The notes under the pieces: model-generated
Told to the model about the DNA's origin: nothing
Seen by the model: the letters and a program-made list of their open reading frames with translations, nothing else
The model's database searches: none
Part shown: positions 28,882-32,000 of the stretch, piece after piece
Layout: each line of letters opens with the position of its first letter
Position numbering within the stretch: position 1 is the stretch's first letter
Origin: Prochlorococcus marinus subsp. pastoris str. CCMP1986
GTDB lineage: Bacteria; Cyanobacteriota; Cyanobacteriia; PCC-6307; Cyanobiaceae
DNA: 32,000 nt
Assembly (NCBI RefSeq): GCF_000011465.1
Contig: NC_005072.1
Span: 1,050,001 to 1,082,000, forward strand
Direction: 5' to 3'
Program-made: the position numbers and the translations under genes

Positions 28882-28985
28882 AGTCTCACTGGTTTACTCT
28901 TCATGATTCTTAAATACTCTCTGGGTGATCATCTGCTAAACCTACCTTGCATAGCTTTGCTTACAGCATTGTCTGTTTAATACTA

Positions 28986-29060
28986 CTAAATAAGCAGTAT
29001 TAAACAGACGATTGCTCCAATACTAAAAATTAAACTCCAACCCTGAGAATTAATTTTCAA
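28986..29060 (-). pseudogene. Possible truncated paralogue of ORF 24807..25097
   Basis: Frame LKINSQGWSLIFSIGAIVCLILLI* matches QINSQGWSLIYTIGTIVITFLIL of the cassette-2 gene. Confidence 0.4.
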
Positions 29061-29190
29061 TTTAAAATTATTTATATGTATTGAGTAATGATATGTAAAT
29101 TCCTGACAATACTAAAATTGCTACACCTACACCCATAATTGAATTTGGTTGATTATGTCAAAGCTCATTAAAAAATCCCATAATTAATAC

Positions 29191-29445
29191 TTAAAGGATT
29201 GGATATGCTATCCATCCAAATAAAGTGTAGTTAATAATGACAGCCATGAAGCCTATCATTGCAAGCCTTCCATTAGTCCTTTCGGCAATAAACCAATAGC
29301 TATTTGGCCATTCAAATTTTTTCGTATTAAATATTTGATCTTCTGGAAGTGTGGTCTCTTCAGGAGTATTGTCCTGATCAAGATAATAATTACTATCTGG
29401 ATAAAAGTTTTCGCTTCGAATATTGTCCCCTTTTTTTTCGATCAT
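29191..29445 (-). CDS. hli: High-light-inducible (Hli) family protein
   Basis: 84 aa; ...YWFIAERTNGRLAMIGFMAVIINYTLFGWIAYPIL, canonical HLIP helix. Confidence 0.92.
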   Translation of the reverse strand: MIEKKGDNIRSENFYPDSNYYLDQDNTPEETTLPEDQIFNTKKFEWPNSYWFIAERTNGRLAMIGFMAVIINYTLFGWIAYPIL

Positions 29446-29834
29446 TTTATTAAAAATTGCACTACATTTATTTTAAAATGTAAAAAGTGTAAATAGGGTA
29501 AAAGGCTATTTTTAAATATTTGAGCCTGAAGCAATTTCTTATCCACATAATAAAAGTCAATATTCCTATTATTTGGTAAATACACAATCTTAATTAAATT
29601 TCTACTTTCGAGCAAAAGATCAAGATAATATTTGGTATTAGTTTAATAGCTATTGGTATTGGTGCAATTTCAAAAAAGGTTATCAGTTATCTAACTGGAA
29701 GCTGTATCCAAGGGTCCCAAGAAATGACTTTAAATAAGGCATAAATAAGTTCTTTTTTTAACGAGTAAGCATTTCATCTAAAATTTAAGTTTTGTTTTTA
29801 CTCTATTTTTATTTTCAGAATTAAATTTTAAAAG

Positions 29835-30146
29835 TCACGAATCAGTAAATATAGTCAATTCATCGCCATATGATTCTTGTATAGATAACCCTTCAGACTC
29901 TAAATTTTTAACAAATACATTTCCAAGTAGTTCTAAACTTTTAGCATCTTTGTCATAAGTGAGCTTATTTGAGGAAGCTTAAAAATTATTATTAATACTT
30001 TTGATAACTACATTACTAATAGCTTCAAAATTACCTTTACCATTTTGTACCTGAGAATCAGAGGTAATAGTGTAATTCAGTTTCTCTTTTGCAAATGAAA
30101 TTTCACTTAAAAGAAATAGAACTGCTGCAAGTAGTAAGCGTTTCAT
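29835..30146 (-). pseudogene. LptA/OstA-like secreted protein fragment interrupted by an in-frame stop
   Basis: Frame from ATG 30146: MKRLLLAAVLFLLSEISFAKEKLNYTITSDSQVQNGKGNFEAISNVVIKSINNNF* then in frame ASSNKLTYDKDAKSLELLGNVFVKNLESEGLSIQESYGDELTIFTDS*. Confidence 0.4.
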
Positions 30147-30400
30147 TAGAAGCAATTCCTATAGCCTTCTATTTTAGCTAATTCCTCAATACTTAACCCA
30201 GTATCTTTTAAAAGTGTTTCGCCGATATTATCGCCATTTAATTTATTTAAAGCACCTTTTTCTGAGAGTTTTATACACATGTTTTTATATTTAGCTTCTT
30301 TGATTACTGGTGATACATACAAACCTAATAAAATTAAAAAGCCTCCAAAAGTTACTACTCTTCTATGATTCTTCCACCATTGATAAAAATTATTAGCCAT
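30146..30400 (-). CDS. Small hypothetical membrane-anchored protein
   Basis: 84 aa ORF with N-terminal TM FGGFLILLGLYVSPVI. Confidence 0.55.
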   Translation of the reverse strand: MANNFYQWWKNHRRVVTFGGFLILLGLYVSPVIKEAKYKNMCIKLSEKGALNKLNGDNIGETLLKDTGLSIEELAKIEGYRNCF

Positions 30401-30484
30401 TTAAAAAAGAATTTTATTCCTTTAATATAGAGTATTTTTACAATCGTTTAATCAATATTTTTTAAATTCTATAAATTTCAATTT

Positions 30485-30760
30485 TCAAAATTTCCGAAAA
30501 CAAGCATCTCCAACTAACAATACTTTCCAATAATCGTTTTTAGCATTTTTAATCCTTAATAAATAATTTGGATTAACTAAGAGAATCGTTTTAATTTGGA
30601 TATTACCGTCACTTCCATCTTTTATAATATTAAAAAAACATTTCCTACTATTTCTTGAAATAATTCCAGGCCAAATTGCAATAACACCTAGAGTAAAACC
30701 TAAAACAAGAATAGATAATTTTTTTATATTAAAAACTTCAAAAAAAATTTTCCTTCTCAT
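30485..30760 (-). CDS. Small hypothetical protein
   Basis: 91 aa ORF with N-terminal TM LSILVLGFTLGVIAIWPGII. Confidence 0.45.
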   Translation of the reverse strand: MRRKIFFEVFNIKKLSILVLGFTLGVIAIWPGIISRNSRKCFFNIIKDGSDGNIQIKTILLVNPNYLLRIKNAKNDYWKVLLVGDACFRKF

Positions 30761-30868
30761 TTCAAAATGTATTTTGTTGAGTTAATTTTTACAATATTTA
30801 CGAATAAATATAATTTCTACTCTTATAAATATATAGAATAATACAAATATTAAAATTATAATTAAAAA

Positions 30869-31120
30869 ATGCTTGACTCAAAAGAATCCGATTCAGCAAA
30901 TCCAGAAGATAAAAAACTTCCTACACTAGACTTCGATGGTAAGAAATACGATATAAACTCACTGCCAGACGAAGTTAAAGATCTTCTCAAGGGTTTACAA
31001 ATTGCAGATACACAAATTCGAATGCATAAAGATACTTTAAGACTTTTAGATTTAGGAAAAAATTCACTTGGCGTTCAATTAAAACAAAAATTAAAAAATA
31101 TATCTCCAGTAAAAAACTAA
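30869..31120 (+). CDS. Conserved hypothetical protein
   Basis: 83 aa; DGKKYDINSLPDEVKDLLKGLQIADTQIRMHKDTLRLLDLGKNSLGVQLKQKL, regular heptad-like helix. Confidence 0.7.
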   Translation: MLDSKESDSANPEDKKLPTLDFDGKKYDINSLPDEVKDLLKGLQIADTQIRMHKDTLRLLDLGKNSLGVQLKQKLKNISPVKN

Positions 31121-31206
31121 AAATTAATTAACTGAATCTAGTTAATTTGATAAAAATCCTTTTAAATTATCTTATATTTAAGATATTAAAATATCTTTAA
31201 AATTAA

Positions 31207-31401
31207 ATGATTAATTCTATTAATACTGAACATTTACCTGTTAAAGATTTAATTATTTCTGGTTTAATAATTTTCATAGTATCGACAATAATTGCCAATA
31301 TTTATAATCCATTGTGGGGCTTCACTTATGCTTTTTGTAATGTTTTAACTCTTGTATTCTTGAGTTGGCTTTATCAAGATACATGGAATGATAATCAGTA
31401 A
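31207..31401 (+). CDS. Small hypothetical membrane protein
   Basis: 64 aa ORF with two hydrophobic segments. Confidence 0.5.
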   Translation: MINSINTEHLPVKDLIISGLIIFIVSTIIANIYNPLWGFTYAFCNVLTLVFLSWLYQDTWNDNQ

Positions 31402-31503
31402 TAATTATTAAATGATAAATTTAGCTTTTAAGAACTTTTTCAGTGATGTCCCAATTCAACATTAGTAAAAAAAACTTTTTAAGATTAAAGAAACTTTAGA
31501 AAA

Positions 31504-31701
31504 TTGAGTAATTCTGATTTTGATAAAAATGGAATAGATAGTACTGGAACACATTGGCTTCAATATGCTGCTTTTGCTTTTTCAGCTTTTGCTATCTTCA
31601 CTACTTGGGCCTTCTTTTTTGATTATAAATTTCATAATTTCATATTAAATATTCTCAGAGTTTTTAATTGCAGTGGCTTCAACTGTAATGGTGTTTACTA
31701 G
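31504..31701 (+). CDS. Small hypothetical membrane protein (TTG start)
   Basis: 65 aa: MSNSDFDKNGIDSTGTHWLQYAAFAFSAFAIFTTWAFFFDYKFHNF... Confidence 0.45.
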   Translation: MSNSDFDKNGIDSTGTHWLQYAAFAFSAFAIFTTWAFFFDYKFHNFILNILRVFNCSGFNCNGVY

Positions 31702-31708
31702 AATTTAA

Positions 31709-31888
31709 ATGGCTAATCCAAACCAAAAAACGATATTAATTGAGGAAATATCAAAAGATATCATAAAAATTTGTAAAAAATTCCAAGCTGATTCAGGCTC
31801 ATCAGATTCTGAAGTTAAAACTCTCTTAAAAGAAATAGCTAGGTTATGGGAAATCGAAGAAAAAAATAAATTCGGGTTCAGATTATAA
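31709..31888 (+). CDS. Small hypothetical protein
   Basis: Hand-translated: MANPNQKTILIEEISKDIIKICKKFQADSGSSDSEVKTLLKEIARLWEIEEKNKFGFRL* (59 aa). Confidence 0.5.
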   Translation: MANPNQKTILIEEISKDIIKICKKFQADSGSSDSEVKTLLKEIARLWEIEEKNKFGFRL

Positions 31889-32000
31889 ACTTTTCATACC
31901 AATTTAATTCTCAAATAAATAATTCCATTATTTTTGAAATTTTATATTGGATGCATATTTAATTTTTACTAGATAAGAAGCTAATAAAGATAGCACTAAA

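Noticed and set aside
28744-28980. 78-aa plus-strand ORF
   Set aside because: Runs across the tRNA-Pro fragment (TLSALLGLLSALGALGRRFESS translates the tRNA sequence), so it is spurious.
29600-29750. Short plus-strand frame FGISLIAIGIGAISKKVISYLTGSCIQGSQEMTLNKA
   Set aside because: No plausible start codon and under 50 aa; cannot be supported as a gene.

Overview
AT-rich 32-kb window. Gene content and protein similarity suggest a high-light-adapted Prochlorococcus chromosome (inference, no database search run). Left part (1-21.4 kb) is conserved backbone: recB (partial) / recC, Ycf54-like, pdxJ, plsC-like, bolA/grx, an atypical response regulator, crtH-like, trmFO, psbY, tRNA-Lys, hli, and two nearly identical porin genes flanking a TPR-sulfotransferase gene, then apt. 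The most interesting region is 21.4-28.9 kb. A complete tRNA-Pro(TGG) gene is followed by three further copies of its 3' part, at 22883, 25398 and 28847. These divide the interval into cargo-sized cassettes: HupE/UreJ-like plus a Cys-rich mini-protein; an outer-membrane beta-barrel protein; and an OafA-like acyltransferase plus a truncated replication-type ATPase. Two cassettes also carry G-rich 12-bp-unit direct repeats near both ends, with a short palindrome beside most of them. This architecture resembles tRNA-targeted integrative elements of marine picocyanobacteria (tycheposon-like), but no recombinase is encoded here. The motif GTGTGAGG just upstream of both porin starts is a candidate Yfr1 sRNA target site.
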